Part shown: piece by piece, positions 37,901 through 52,900 of the stretch
Layout of the letters: every line of letters starts with the position of its first letter
Numbering within the stretch: the first letter of the stretch is position 1
Assembly (NCBI RefSeq): GCF_964355755.1
Contig: NC_092680.1
Coordinates: 15,695,045 to 15,759,044, forward strand
Source: Antedon mediterranea
Taxonomy: Eukaryota > Animalia > Echinodermata
Reading direction: 5' to 3'
DNA length: 64,000 nt
The notes under the pieces: model-generated
Told to the model about the DNA's origin: nothing
Database searches by the model: none
What the model saw: the letters and a program-made list of their open reading frames with translations, nothing else
Program-made: the position numbers and the translations under genes

Positions 37901-40900
37901 TTGTTGAGTTCTAAGTGATCACAATATTATATATAATTAATTAAACTTTAATATACATTTTTCTTATACTGTAGCTTTAGTTATACAGTACATTGAAATA
38001 CAGATGCATAGACAATGGATTTGAATGTACCTCGTAAAAAGACAAACCCATTTGAAAAGAAATTAATCTCAATGATTTAAAAACTATACGCTGTTTTATA
38101 ATAATATAAAAGCCTTACTCTATGTTGCCTATTTCAATTTCTATATTTCAATTGGTGAAATATTGATTAAATATATACTTTAATTGTTTTCGTAAGTATT
38201 GACGAATACAGTTAATTATTAATTTTATAAAACAATTGCAATATTTGGCAAGAGATGATAAAAGTTGTCCGAATATTGATGAATCTGTCCAAGCCAAAAT
38301 ACATTTAAATTAGTAATAAAATGAAGCATTCCAGCATTGTATTCTGTTATTCTATAAAACTTGTAAATGTAGTGCCCTGTCCTAGAACCTATACCTGCGC
38401 TAATTTATCTAATGTACTTTTGTCCTAGTTCTGACGGCCTATTCTACTGCCCTATTTTTGACACCACAGCTGTACTGTTCTCATTTCTTCTATTGCCTAG
38501 TCATTTGGCATAGTCCCCTGGTCTAGAACCACCCAAGTCCCTGACCTAGAACCCGCCCTAGTCCCCTGGCCTAGAAAATGCCCTAGTTACGTGTAATGCT
38601 ATGTTGTAAAAACCTACTTTCGTATGGAACGTAGAATGTATTTTTGACAGGAATAGTAAGTTTAGATAAAACATTTTATGTACAGTACACTAATGCCAAA
38701 AGCTACACCAGTACATTTTTCAAAGTTCTTAATTTTAAACATTATAATTTTTTTTTCATTCTTTTTTTCCTGATTTTTTAGCGATATTTATATGTTCAGT
38801 ATTAAATTATCTACATATCATTTTGAATATATGTCTTTTTTTGTACGAAAATACAACTGAAATTGAATGTTGTGCGATATTCATTTCTTTGTTCTCTCTC
38901 TATATTTTATAGTAATAGTATTATTAATGAAATAAATTGAATCTTAGTGTGACCTTCAGTAAACGAACTTTTATTTTGACTAATTGCTTGCACACTGTTT
39001 AGCAATAATGCTGTTGGACAGTTAGCGGCTTTCTTTATCAATATCATCATGGCTCTCCCACATTCTTAATATTATCCAGGAATAGTCTAACTAGCAACAT
39101 AGGCCTCATTGCAGAAATTGAAACTACCTTAAAAAGGCTTGGAAAAAATCCAGGCCAACACAAATGATATTGGGAGAGTTGATCAATTTTGCATAGAAAT
39201 GCATTATTTGTAAATTTTTGTTATTTAAAATAACTTTATAATTTCGTTATTATTTAATAAAAACCTTTAACCAAATGGATTGTTTTGATATTAAAGTTGA
39301 TGTACACTGTACTGTAAACTAGTAGGCCTTGTCAATGGTATACTGTATAATTATAGAGGATAAAGGATTCTACTCTACATAAGAATAGTTGGACACAAAG
39401 ATGGCCGGTAGTGTACCACATGACTTTCTAATATCTGTGAACGGAATGTCATAACTCTTTGAATATATGTCTATGTGAAGAACAATGTGGTTAGTTAGTT
39501 AAAATAATGTTCGCAGTAACTTTATAATTTCGTTATTATTTTAACAAACACCTAAGAGTAGTTGGACACAATGATGGCCGGTAGTGTACCACATGACTTT
39601 CTAATATCTTCGAACGGAATGTCATAACTCTTTGAATACCGTATATGTCTATGTGAAGAACAATGTGGTTAGTTAGTTAAAATAATGTTCGCAGTAACTT
39701 TATAATTTCGTTATTATTTTAACAAACACCTAAGAGTAGTTGGACACAATGATGGCCGGTAGTGTATCACATGACTTTCTATTATCTGTGAACGGAATGT
39801 CATAACTCTTTGAATATATGTCTATGTGAAGAACAATGTGGTTAGTTAGTTAAAATAATGTTCACATTAACCTTATAATTTCGTTATTATTTTTAAAAAA
39901 ACCTAAGAATAGTTGGACACAAATATGGCCAGTAGTGTACCACATGACTTTCTATTATCTGTGAAAGGAATGTCGTAACTCTTTGAATATGTCTATGTGA
40001 AGAACAATGCGACAAATTCTGATGTCAATTTATGCATCAATGGATTAGAAATAAATGAAAATGTTTCACTGTAAAATCTCAATTTTTTTTTTCTTTATGT
40101 ACCTAGCTGTTATATTAATCATAATGTTCTAATTATTAATATTACTATTAAATTTAGGCTGATCTGACATTATTACATCAAGATGTGAAAGGTCACAGTT
40201 ATGATGTCAGCTATGCTATCAGGTAAGACTGTTTATACATAGTAAGTTATGACACAAATATGTTCAGCTGTTAAAGATTTGATGATAGTTCATGATCATT
40301 GAAGTTTACAGTTGTATTTTCACCCAAAAATGGCCAGATAATTGTAAAAATTATATTTTAAAATTGACACTCTTCAGACAGTGCTTCTATTGGTTTATAG
40401 TATTAAATAATGCTTTTTGTATGATAATGACATGTGTTGCCGAAAAGTATAGTAAACATATGTATTACAATTTACATATAAATGTCTTTATCAATTTCAT
40501 ACTGTTGTACTAAAGTATTCCCCACCCCACATCTATTTTTAGAGAAGAGAATACAATTTCTTTATTTTTTATCAATATAATAAATAATACATGGTTTTTT
40601 TTGTTGCCGGTCAGTTTCCCTATCTGTCTTGTCAGTGTACAGCTCTGTATATTATCAAATATAATTAGTGAAGATGGCGTGGGAAAAGAGAAGCATCTGG
40701 CCGTGTGTGAGGTCTTGTTGCTGTTTTGCTTCTTTGAATGGTCAGTTGCTTTTAATGAAGCGTGGAATAACTCGTTGAAGTGACCAAATTGACAACGACA
40801 TTTCCACCTTTATTTCTCCTTGTGTACATTTTCAGTATTCTTCTTACATTAAATTTTTACCTCAAAAAGTTTGCTGGGATACAGTTCACGGAAACTCAAG

Positions 40901-43900
40901 TAAACCGTACATATGAAAGGCAAATTGAAATTGCCTTTTTACATATGAAACGCAAATTGAAATTGCTCATTTCGTCTGGAATGTTTCAGGCTAACTAACC
41001 ACTACATGTTTTGACTGGAATACCATACTACAGCACAGTACTATAACATTACAAATGATTTCAACCATGGCCAGCATCCGGATACATAATGACTTAAGCA
41101 AAATTGACCTGTGATTCTCAGTTTATATTTTAATTAAATTAAAATTACGCTAAATACAATTTAAAAAGATATATTTATTAACATTATTATTATTAACATA
41201 ATTTATTTTTGACTTCTGAAAATTAAATAATAATAATAATAATAACGCAACACAAAGACTTGTGCACAAAGCAAGTAATTTGACAAATCACAATGGATTA
41301 TTCAAACTGTCGCTTGTCATTGGTAAACTCGTTTACGTTCCATCTCCGTCATTGCATTGCGTCACTAGTGGAACCATACTTAAGTATCATAAAAGCTACC
41401 AAATACAATCTTTGTTACCAATTTTCTGGCTTACTAATTATTCCTAAAAACTTCATTGGTCAATTCTCCATATGGATACAACTATTCATGGTTGGAGATT
41501 GGTAATTTTTCATTTTTCTGCTGAGCAATGTAAAAGCCTTCACTTCGTTACTAAACATCACGTTATCACGCATAGTGTATAGTTAACGCATGTAGTGTAG
41601 ACGTGTATGGTTTTTCGCATCTAGTGTAGACGGGTATGGTCATCACATACTGTTGGCCATACGTGTATGTTTATACTGTGTAGAATAGACCAGCGTTCCT
41701 CAACATTTTTTGACCGCGACCCCATGATTCTATTTTGGGAATTCATGTGACCCAACAATGGGTCACAACCCATAGGTTGCAAAACGGCGGTGTAGGCCTA
41801 TGTAAAGTTGTTTGGGTATATTATCGCATGTACTGTAAGATACGTGTGGTTGTGTGCATGTACTGTACTCGTGTGGTCATCGCTTGGCCAAATGTAGGCT
41901 AGGTCAATGATGGTTACTAACTGTCAGTATTTATTTCAATCTATGGATGTAATACAAATTTAAATTTCCCTGTTACTCACAAGTTGTTGACAAGTTGATC
42001 CTATCAATTCAACCTTGTTTCCTGACGCAACTCCATCACCAACTCTGAATGTTGACAGTTGATGAAAGGTGTTTTGATAGTACCATGATGATTTGTGGTT
42101 AAGCCCATCTTAAGATATTATAAGCCCATCCCTCAAAATTTTAAATAACAAAATACACAAAATGATGTTGATAAAGGGAAACGACTACAATTTGTTCCCT
42201 ATATGTATAGGGATGATGACTTGTGTATAAGCCCATCTTAAGATATTATAAGCCCATCCTTCAAAATTTTAAATAACAAAATACACAAAATGATGTTAAA
42301 GGCAAACGATGCAATTTGTTCCCTATTATAAGTATAAAAGCTCACTCACAACCAAATATGCTTACTGCAAAAAAAGTGTAACAGACAGTAGATCCCCTTT
42401 TAGAGGGGTGGGTAGGAGGTGTACACCATTTTAACGCCATTAAAAGGTTTCCCCTGAATATGGGTTTGGCCATGGTATAAGCATTCATGTTACCCTTGGT
42501 TCATTTCCACGGAAAAGTGTACCCTTTATGTAGGTGTCACCTTTGAATAGGGCTTACCCCTAAATAAGGGTTGATCATGTGTTAAAACATAATATAACCA
42601 TGTTCTTTTCACAGGTGTCCCTTTGATAGGGATGTTTCGAAGTAGGCCTGTCTACAGTAATCTGTCCCATTTCTTGTAAATCATCTCAAATGTCCCGTAT
42701 CTATAAAGAAAGACTAGTTTATTTTCAGTGGTAGAGACCTTCGGATGTTTGTGCGTTAATAGTGCTATTAACCTCGGATAAGGACTATAAACCGTAGGTC
42801 CAGTGTAGACATCTAGCTCGTGTGCACTTTAAAGAACCAAGTACATCTTTCGAGACGAGTAGGGGGTTACCCCGGTGTAATAGTACATCACAGCCACTGA
42901 TCACCAACTGGGCCCTCTGGGAGACCAGTCTTTGACTGAAGAGGTTACCCAGTATAAATATATATTTCAAGTTATTTATTTTATCTTGGTCATCCCTGGC
43001 CCCCATATATATCCATCAAGAAATGGTAGCGGATGTTTCTAGTCATTTAATAAATTGTTATTTTTTGTTGTTTAACCATTGCCATCAATCAAACTGTGTT
43101 TTTTTCATGATGTACAGTAAAATTGTTTCCTGTAATTATAGGAGGACGAAAAAAAAATGAGAAAAGAGAAACAATGTGTGAAAGAATGGCAATTTATATA
43201 AACTATAAGCAATACTGAAAACTACTATAAAGTAAAATTACCTAAAGCTGATCAACAGCAGTGAATAAAAGAGTTCAGTATAGACGCTATTTCCACACAG
43301 AATGAGAGCATACAATGATACTGTAGTAAAGGTCTTTCTAACCAGCTTCTTAAAAAATATCAGCTAATTCATGCTAACTTTGCATCAGAGTTATCTTGTG
43401 TCCTTCCTATAGAACTGATTTACTTTTTATCTAATTACTGATTTTGCAGATAAATTTTAATAGAAATACTAAACTTCTCATCCTACAGTAAATATTACAG
43501 ACCATATCACATCATCAGTACAGAGAGTTGTGTAACAACTCCCTCATCAGTATTTTGGGTATTTTGCTGAATTTTCAATGTATTTGTTATCCTATTGTGC
43601 CATTATGCCTGTATGTGTACAAACTATGGAAAAGAAAAGAAGAATTGTGATAGTAGAATCCCTCTTATATGGAACACCCCTATTAAGGGGGCACTTTCCT
43701 GTAAAGCGAATGAGTACTAAAGTACTGTATATAAATAGACTAACTAACAACTAACACCCAGATTAGGGGACATTGTTGGATCCAAGGTGTTTTGTTAATA
43801 GGGGTTCACTGCTATATTTTGTACCACATTGTACTCAAATACAGTTACTGTAAGACCTCTGAATAGAGGTGTCTTCTGAATAGAGGTGGCCCTTTTTGAA

Positions 43901-46900
43901 AAGGTACAGTACATTGCCTCTTGTTCATTTCATAGGAAAGTGTTGCCTTAATAGGGGTGTCTCCAGAAAAGAGCTGCGGTCTTCAACTGTAACTCCCTAA
44001 CTACACCATGCTTTTCATGATACTGTGTTATGTTTTCCATCACTCTATGTCAATGAAAGATCCTATTTTGAAAGTTGTGAACTGGAGACAGATGCCTGTA
44101 TTCATTACTTGTATTTGAGTCTTTAGGGAATCAGTTCTGGCAACGTATTAGGCGTCATCAGATTAAGCGAAAATATCGAAAGTCATTTGTGTCAATTTTG
44201 TGTGATGTAAATCAATGTTGCTCGAAGATGTGTGGGGTCAGTTTTGATAGTGTAACCTGTAATATCCACTGAAACAATTCTTTGAAATTAATTTATCTGA
44301 GATTAATGACATACTCTAAAGAAACCTAATGAACTTTAAATGTTTCATAAAAAAAAATGCTTTTGTAAAAAAGAATACTTTAAAAATAATAAGCAATTTA
44401 TAATCTCTCCTATACAAATGGTTTTCCATTTTTGTCAATATTTAAGGTCTTGTTTTACTCTTCTAAATTCAGAATATGCCATTCAAATGTCTACACGCAT
44501 TAGGGCAGGCACAGCTACAGTATGCTATGTTAAAAACTGTTTAAATTGTTACAAATTTGCGTTCACTGCAGTATGTTTTGTTTCAAATCATGGTGATACC
44601 TTATACATTCAGTTTAAATACCCCAATGTTCATTATATATAATCACTCTTTGTGAATCTTATTACTTCCTGATTGGTCCAATATGCTTCCTAATTTATCG
44701 GTTATTGAGTAAAGCCATTTATAATGCACAACCTCAACAAATTCTAAATAAATCGTCGAAACACTTTTAATGTTAAAATTCTCAATATGTCATGCCTTTT
44801 TATAGAATATTTTATTGTTACATTTTTATAAATCAAAGCTGGGGGTAAACATCGAACCCAAACACTTTACCTAAACACGGTTAGGGGAATACATGCATTA
44901 CTCGTAATCCTTATCAATCTCCTTAGAGCTTTGACACATAAGAAGTGAATTTATAGGTCTGACAACATCCTAGGTTCATGGTCTAAGGGACCTGTACTTT
45001 TTTATTTTACAAGAGTCCGGGGAAAATTATACATACCCTTTCACAAGTGGGTGTACGCGGTGGTATTAGGGTGCTAAAATTTATGTTAGACGCTTTTTTT
45101 TGACAGTCGCATTTCCTTTGTCATACGACATATCGGCGAGCACCAAGATGACTCCCATAAATAAACTTATCACTGAAAACCGAATTAATTCTAGATCTGT
45201 ATTTCAAATTTAACCAAATTAGATATATTCATTGCTTTGGCATTGGTGTTAAATGTGGAACATAAATTGTTAACCATTTCTATGTAATTGATGAGTTTTT
45301 TGACACCAAACCACCCCTTTGAAAGTGTGTTCGATACTATATTCATTCACTTTTGGGTCTTCTCTAACTTCTCAGGACTAAGTACTCATTTCTAATAACC
45401 CACCCAAATGTTTAGGCTAAACTTTGTCGATTCATGACATATACAATCCGTTGTGTCGACTCATTCGTTAAATTCTCAAATTAACTGTGATGTATTTCAG
45501 GGTACATTTAATTGATATCATTGAACTATGTGATTTCTTTAAAAGTAGTTTCTGGGTGGAGTTCAAGGCTTATTAAACCTAGGTACCTCCCGTGGGTAAA
45601 AAGTTACCCAGTAAACTAACAATTCTATTGGTTGATAGGCTCGTAGAAATAACCCTGCGGATAAATAAAGGATTTATACCTCAAAGGATCGGGTAACATG
45701 TCAAATTTGATCATATCGTGACCTTATTCTGGAAAATGAAATGCGAACGTGTCCTTGTTCGTTTATTTTCTTTAATTTACAACATCGAGAACATGGCGAA
45801 TTCGCTTATTCGAATAGTCTATCATAAAATGATTTATAGAAAAAAATGTCGTCTTAGTATTTGTTTATAAATTTTAATGAAGCTCATGTTTGATCCTCAC
45901 TGACCTTAAACTTATATTAAAAAATTAAAGTTCGTTTTTAAAGTGCACCGCTGAGTTTGCCTCTCCACCTTGTCAAGTTGGAACAATTGTATCAAAGCTA
46001 TAGAGTCCGGTTATTTAAATGTGTTCATGTACTACTACTATGCTCCTAGTTAGAATAGGAATGTGCCTTTTAAACACTAAGGCATCAAAATCTGAAATAC
46101 ATGTTAATAAATGCCATTTTTAGTGGAACTACTTGTAGCTGGTGTGTCAATTCTATAATTTGAGGTTTTTACAAATTGTTAAATGTATTCAAATAAATAA
46201 ATTATGTATATAATTCTCACTAGAAGTGAATTGAATTTTAGATAATTCTTCTTATTCAATTGGCACAAAGTCAAAAGTGTTTTAAAAATGTAGTTCTGAT
46301 AGTTGTCTAATTATTTTGTAGTATTATCTTTATATTAATGAATTAATATTTACAAATTAATATTAGATAATCATGAGTTTAATATTTTTATATTACTGTA
46401 CAGTATATACTCCTTCACCTAGCAAAACTTTGTTTGCTCCAAGATGTGTTTTGGTAGGTTATGAAAGGGGTATTAGATAAAGGTACCACTCAAAATAACC
46501 GTAACAAAATAAATGTATAAAATGTACAATTTCCTGGGGAAAAAATATATTTATGAATGTAAACATCTTTGTTTTAATTAAATTTTTTATAGAAAAACAA
46601 AAAAACGATATTTTAGCAAAGTGTAAATGCTCTGTGTTTCATAATTTACAATTATCTCTTTAAAATGTTGCAATAAGCAGTTCTTTGTGAGTTTTTTTAC
46701 CATTTTTTTTCTTAGTTCAAGGTATCATTCAAGTTCATGTGTTCAATCACCTCAGAAGGTACAAGTACGATAGTTTAACTACTAAGTATAGATTGCGTGC
46801 AACACGCTCTAAAACACATCTCGTTTCAATTATACGGAATGTTCGCGAGTTCAACTAAAATTACCCTTGTCTCTAAAAGGAAAATGCGAGCGTATAATAT

Positions 46901-49900
46901 TTTGGTTTTTTGTCTCTGTCTATCATACGTGTATGTACAGACTTATTTATTTTTAAGTTCCTTTAAAAATACACTGATGAAAAGACAGTTCAACTATGAA
47001 TCTCTTTTAATATAAATCGGCTTTTAAAGTATATCTAAAAGTCATTGTGTTCCCAACAAATTTACTTAATGTTATGTACTTTACTCAAGCCATAGCCAGT
47101 GGGAACAAAGCTCTCTTTTTCCTAAAGTGCCCTTTTCAAACTAGACACCAGCAATGAATGTTGTAATAAATAGGGCTAAGCATAAATCGATGATCTTTGT
47201 GGAACATTGAATGCCAATGCCATATAAAAATCTTGGCTACATGGTTGGTTCTGTTTATTCAGTTGTAAGATCTTTGTTTACTATTTAAAATGTTATTTTC
47301 ATTTAAAGATATATGGTCTTCCTAAATATGAACAAATACTGTAGATTACATAATTGTTTACCTATTCAATTTGTGGTAAAAAAAAACTATTATGTGACAT
47401 TAATATGGCCTCTTTAACATTATATTTTTCAAGGGAATATCTTTATGTTTGCAATAGGTATAAGAAGATTCTTGCGAGTTCCATATACAGTAATTCTAGA
47501 GTTTGGTTTATAAAAAATGAAAAAGATCTGAGACTTTGGATTGAAAGATGTGTTAACAATGATGATAGATATGTATCACAATCAAGGTGATAACAGATGT
47601 TATGAAAGGTTGTTGATAAATGTGTTAAGAAAGCTGTGAAGATAACAAATTGTCATCTTGTTGAAAGAGATGTTGACTGAAAGAATATAAATATTGAATA
47701 GAAATAATGTTGGAATTAAGATTTACTCCAGTAGTAGTGCACCACCATGAGATCTTACTCTTAGGTGCAGCACCATGAGATCTTACTCTTAGATGCAGCA
47801 CCATGAGATCTTACTCTTTTGTGCAGCACCATGAGATCTTACTCTTTTGTGCAGCACCATGAGATCTTACTCTTTTGTGCAGCACCATGAGATCTTACTC
47901 TTTTGTGCAGCACCATGAGATCTTACTCTTAGATTTTTTTTTTTTATTTTTTATTTAATTTTCAGGCAAACATACATGACAACACAGCGGTGCAGCACCC
48001 TGAGGATTGCCATGAGTGCAAAGCACTATCGAGATGGCTCTCCATATACTGCACTAGAACATATAAGACAAACATATACACAAGATGCTCTACATAGACA
48101 AAGACTTATTATTAAGTCTTTGGGAGTGGAGTTGTAAATTGTCATGAGAAAAAAACCCTGACATATGACAGGACTTGAACCCAGGACCCTTAGATTGGTA
48201 GCCAAGCATCATAACCACCAAGCCACAGCTCCACTCCTGCACCATGAGATCTTACTCTTAGATGCAGCACCATGAGATCTTATCCTTAGATGCAGCACCA
48301 TGAGATCTTACACTTACAGTATGTGCAGCACCATGAGATCTTACTCTTAGATGCAGCACCATGAGATCTTACTCTTAGATGCAGCACCATGAGATCTTAC
48401 TCTTATATGCAGCACCAAGAAATCTTACTCTTAGATGCAGCACCATGAGATCTTACTCTTAGATGCAGCACCATGAGATCTTACTCTTATATGCAGCACC
48501 AAGAAATCTTACTCTTAGATGCAGCACCATGAGATCTTACTCTTAGATGCAGCACCATGAGATCTTACTCTAGTCTTAGATGCAGCACCATGAGATCTTA
48601 CTCTTAGATGCAGCACCATGAGATCCTACTCTTAGATGCAGCACCATGAGATCTTACTCTTAGATGCAGCATATGCACCACCATGGGATCTTACTCTTAT
48701 ATGCAGCACCATGGTATCATACTTTTATGTTCAGCACCATGGGGTCTTACTCTTGTGTTCAGTACCATATGATCTTACTTTTTTGTGTTAGCACCAAGAA
48801 ATCTTACTCTTATATGCATGCACCATGGGATTTTACTTTTATGTTTAGCATTATGAGATCTTACTGTCCTATGTGCATCACCATGGGATCTTACCGTCCT
48901 ATGTTCAGCAACATGAGACCTTACTGTCCCATGTGTAGCACTATGAGATCTTACTGTCCAGTGTGCAGCACCACAGGACCTTACTGTCCCATATGCAGTA
49001 CCATGAGATTATACTGTCCTGTGTGCAGCACCATGATATCTTACTGTCCAGTGTACAGCACTATGAGATCTTACTGTCCCATATGCAGCACCATATGATC
49101 TTACTGTCCTGTGTGCAGCACCATGATATCTTACTGTCCTGTGTGCAGCACCATGATATAATATCTTATGTGCAGCACCATGAGATTTAACTGTCTTGTG
49201 TGCAGCACCATGAGATTTAATTGTCCTGTGTGCAGCACCATAAGATCTTACTGTCCTGTGTGCAGCACTATGAGACCTTTCTGAACATAACTGTCTTGTG
49301 CGCAGCACCATGAGATTTTACTGTCCTGTGTGCAGCACCATGAGACCTTACTGAACATTACTGTCTTGTGTGCAGCACCATGAGACCTTACTGTCCTGTG
49401 TGCAGCACCATGAGACCTTACTGTCCTGTGTGCAGCACCATGAGACCTTACAGTCCTACTGTCTGGAGTGCCGCGTCATGTAGGACCTCACTGTACTATG
49501 TGGAGTACCACATGACTTCACTGTACTGTGTGGAGCACAATTTGTCCTCACTATCCTTTGTTCAGAATTAGCAGTCCTTTTTCCATGATAGTTATCTCTG
49601 CCAACAGTCAGTAATGTTTGGTTTTATCTGGAAGGAAAGTGTCCATCCATGAGAGATAGTAAACATCATTGGACAGTATAGGTTGATATTTTGTTAATTG
49701 TTTTTTTTTCTTATTGTTTCTTTCAGTGCTGTTGAAGCTATGCATGATAGCAAGACACCATTTAGCAATATTGAGTCTCTACTAAAATCATCAATCTACC
49801 ATAAACAACAGCTTAATGAAAGGTCCGCTGCTCTCAGGTACAGTATGTTGTTTTTTTATAGATATTTATTTCATACAAATCCCTTAGCAAGTACCTCAAA

Positions 49901-52900
49901 CAATTACAGGATAAATTCATTCAATCTTGTATTTTATTTTTTCACCACATAAACAACAAAATGCTTTACATACTAATTATACAAAATCGTAGCCAAATGG
50001 GATTTAAGGCAGAGTCTCAAATATATATATCATGCTTATAAACTAATATATTATAAAATGATCTCATTTGAGGCTAGGTACTGTAGTAGAAACATTCATG
50101 TGTTTCAACCCGGGCAGTAGGTCGAGATTGAACCCGGTACTTGAACCCGGGATTTAAAGGGGCTTGCTCCAGCTGTAAGCCTTAAAAACAGTAGGTTACA
50201 GATATTATAATTGACAAATTCAACTAGCTATCAATTTGCTAATACGGCTTGTGAGGCTCCATATTTTTGTTGTGTCATTCTCTTTAATTTAATTCTTTTT
50301 CTTAGATTTGATGGAAAAAGAATGTTGATATGTAATTGACTTTTTCTTATAGGGTGCAATCAAAACAAGAAAAACGGTCAAGTATTAGTTCAAGTCCTCA
50401 ACGACAACTACTTTCAGGTACAGTATAAAAGCCATTGGCAATATAACCAGAAACGTTCGCGACTTGAAACTTTCGTGAATCGGTTACATTGTCCATTTTC
50501 GCAACATAAAACTTTTTCACGAAGTAAATACTTTAACAAGGTACAGTAGCATCAATCCATCATGGGTGCAACCTTTTTAGTTACAATGCATGTACTCTGT
50601 GAAGGCGGGCAATGGACGAGAGAAGCCCTTGATCAATGTTAGGACAAATCAAGGTACTTTAAACAGTCCTGGCTTTGTTTGTATCAAACCTGTTAGTGAC
50701 GGTAATCATCGCTGTTGGTTTCGATTTAATAAATTAAAAATAAATAAATAAAATAAAATAATGCATTGCTGTTTGACCACGCCCAGGCATCATTGTACAG
50801 TATTTTCTCACTTAAAAAGAATACGACGTCCAATTTAACCGCCAGTATGTGATAAAGCAAACAAAACAGATTGCTATCAGTAGTAGGCACATGTGTTCTG
50901 AAATTACTTGTATGAGTGTACGGTATTATTAATACTCGATAATTCCTGAAAATGGTTTACGGCATAAAACTTTCGTAAATATCATTTTTGGAAAAAGGTA
51001 TTTTCCATCTTAAGGAATTATAAGTTATATTTGTTTCCAGTGGCAGATCTAGGATCTGACAAAGGGGGGTTTGGGGGTGGGGTGGCCACGAAAGTTGCAA
51101 ACGAGGTGCGTAGGACCGAGTGGGGTTACAGTAAGTTTAGGAAGGGGTGTCCCTCTCCGGAGCCTCAGACAATTTTTTCAAAAATACTGTAGATGCTTGC
51201 TTGCACACACGGACCAGGGCGGTAATTAACTGAAATGGAAAATGGTGTATTTTTGGAGAGTGATGACGTCAGCATTCACACGAGGAAAATAACTTGTGGT
51301 TATTTTCCAAAGATTTAAACTTTTGAATTCATAAATAGTAATTAAATTCTTAGCTCTTTCACTTTGTAGGCCTATTTACACAACTAATGCTTACCCCAGC
51401 TCTAGGCCTACTCTTCTTAATTAAAAAAAGATTAAGATGCGTCGAATCCAAGTCTAGCGATGGTCGCGGGTATGTTGCATCTTTTTTTTTTTTTTGAGAA
51501 TTAAAGGGAATGGCTAGCCCTAGATCCACCACTGGCTTCATTACTTATTTGCATTGGAACAGGTTTCTTTTTTTCTAAAAACTTGTTCTGATCTTCATCC
51601 AACCTAAAAGAATGTATGAGAATCAGGACACAGTGTTACTTTCGTTTCGTAATTCGTTTCGTAATATTTATTCAACCAAAAAACATATTATTTAACATAA
51701 ATATTAAACATTTTAACATAACATTTCTACTTATTTTTTGGCTGGGATCTGGTATAGAAGTATTAAACTTGTCTCAATCAGACCCCTAACAAAATAAATA
51801 TTAGAAATAGTTTAATAAGGAAAAAGGTATACAGTACGCCTTATTTAGACTTAAAATTATATAAGTAATTATGAAAATAAATATATGTAAATGACAGTTA
51901 TATTTTTACTCATGGTAATTAGACAAATAAAAACACTTTATACATTTCTTAAAAACTTTAATGTTAATATTTAAAAGAAAATTCACTGTATTGATTCAAG
52001 TTCACAAACATTCAGAGTAAATGGAAATTTATTTACAATATGCTTTATACAAACATAGTCTCATGTCATGTGGAGTTCATTAGTGTGTTTATCTACAGTA
52101 TCTACATAATTGAGGAAAATGCATTTAAATATTTAAGATGTTATTTTAGACTGTCTTTATGGAAATTAAAGTACATTATTAAACATTGTTGTTTATGTTG
52201 TTAGAGTTGTTTATTTCCGTCACTCCCTCAGGCAAACAGCATGTACTGTATGAAAAAGAAAACAAAATGGACCACCTTTATTAGAAAAGAAGTAATTATA
52301 TGCTAGAACGAAATTGACTTCTGTATTTCATTCCAATTTAGAAATCCGTATATTTTGACTCCAATTTCACACAGATGTAGCCTGGGCGTTATGGCTGAGT
52401 TGATTCGCAATATTTAGTGAACTACTTCTAAGCTCTGCTACTTTGTATAGTTTTAGATAGTTTATACACCTGTTTCAGACTAGTGTTACTGCTAAGGCTT
52501 TCGAGTTCCTTTGGGAGCAGCCTGATTGATAGCGAATTCCCTGTCATTTCACTTCATCCCTAGCTGTCATCTTGTCCCGCCCCCGTGCTTGTTCTGATGG
52601 TATACTATGTGTCTGTAAGTTCATTGCTAATTTGTCAGTCTGTCTTTGTGTGTAAAGATCCTAGGCCAGGTGCTTCCTACTCTCTTTGCTTACCCTCTGA
52701 TTGGTTTGATGTACGCGTCATGTCCAATTAGGAGCTAAATGTATGCAAGTATTATAGACAATTGTTGATCTAAGCTTATCAGTATACTGTAGTATATAAA
52801 CAGTCTAATTATAAAAGTGGGGGGGGGGGGGGGAGGAGTTGGGGGTTTTTCGTAATAAGCTGTGTTTATCAGCTGATTTTATTTTATACACTTTTACTAT

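Noticed and set aside
48160-48235. tRNA gene on the minus strand
   Set aside because: A and B boxes are present, but there is no proper acceptor stem and it continues into a SINE body and A-rich tail.
48664-49571. Cys/His-rich repetitive ORFs (CSTMRSYCPV; QHHDILLSCV; HGAAHRTVRS)
   Set aside because: These are translations of the 30-bp minisatellite, open in several frames and on both strands, with no splice context linking them to a gene.
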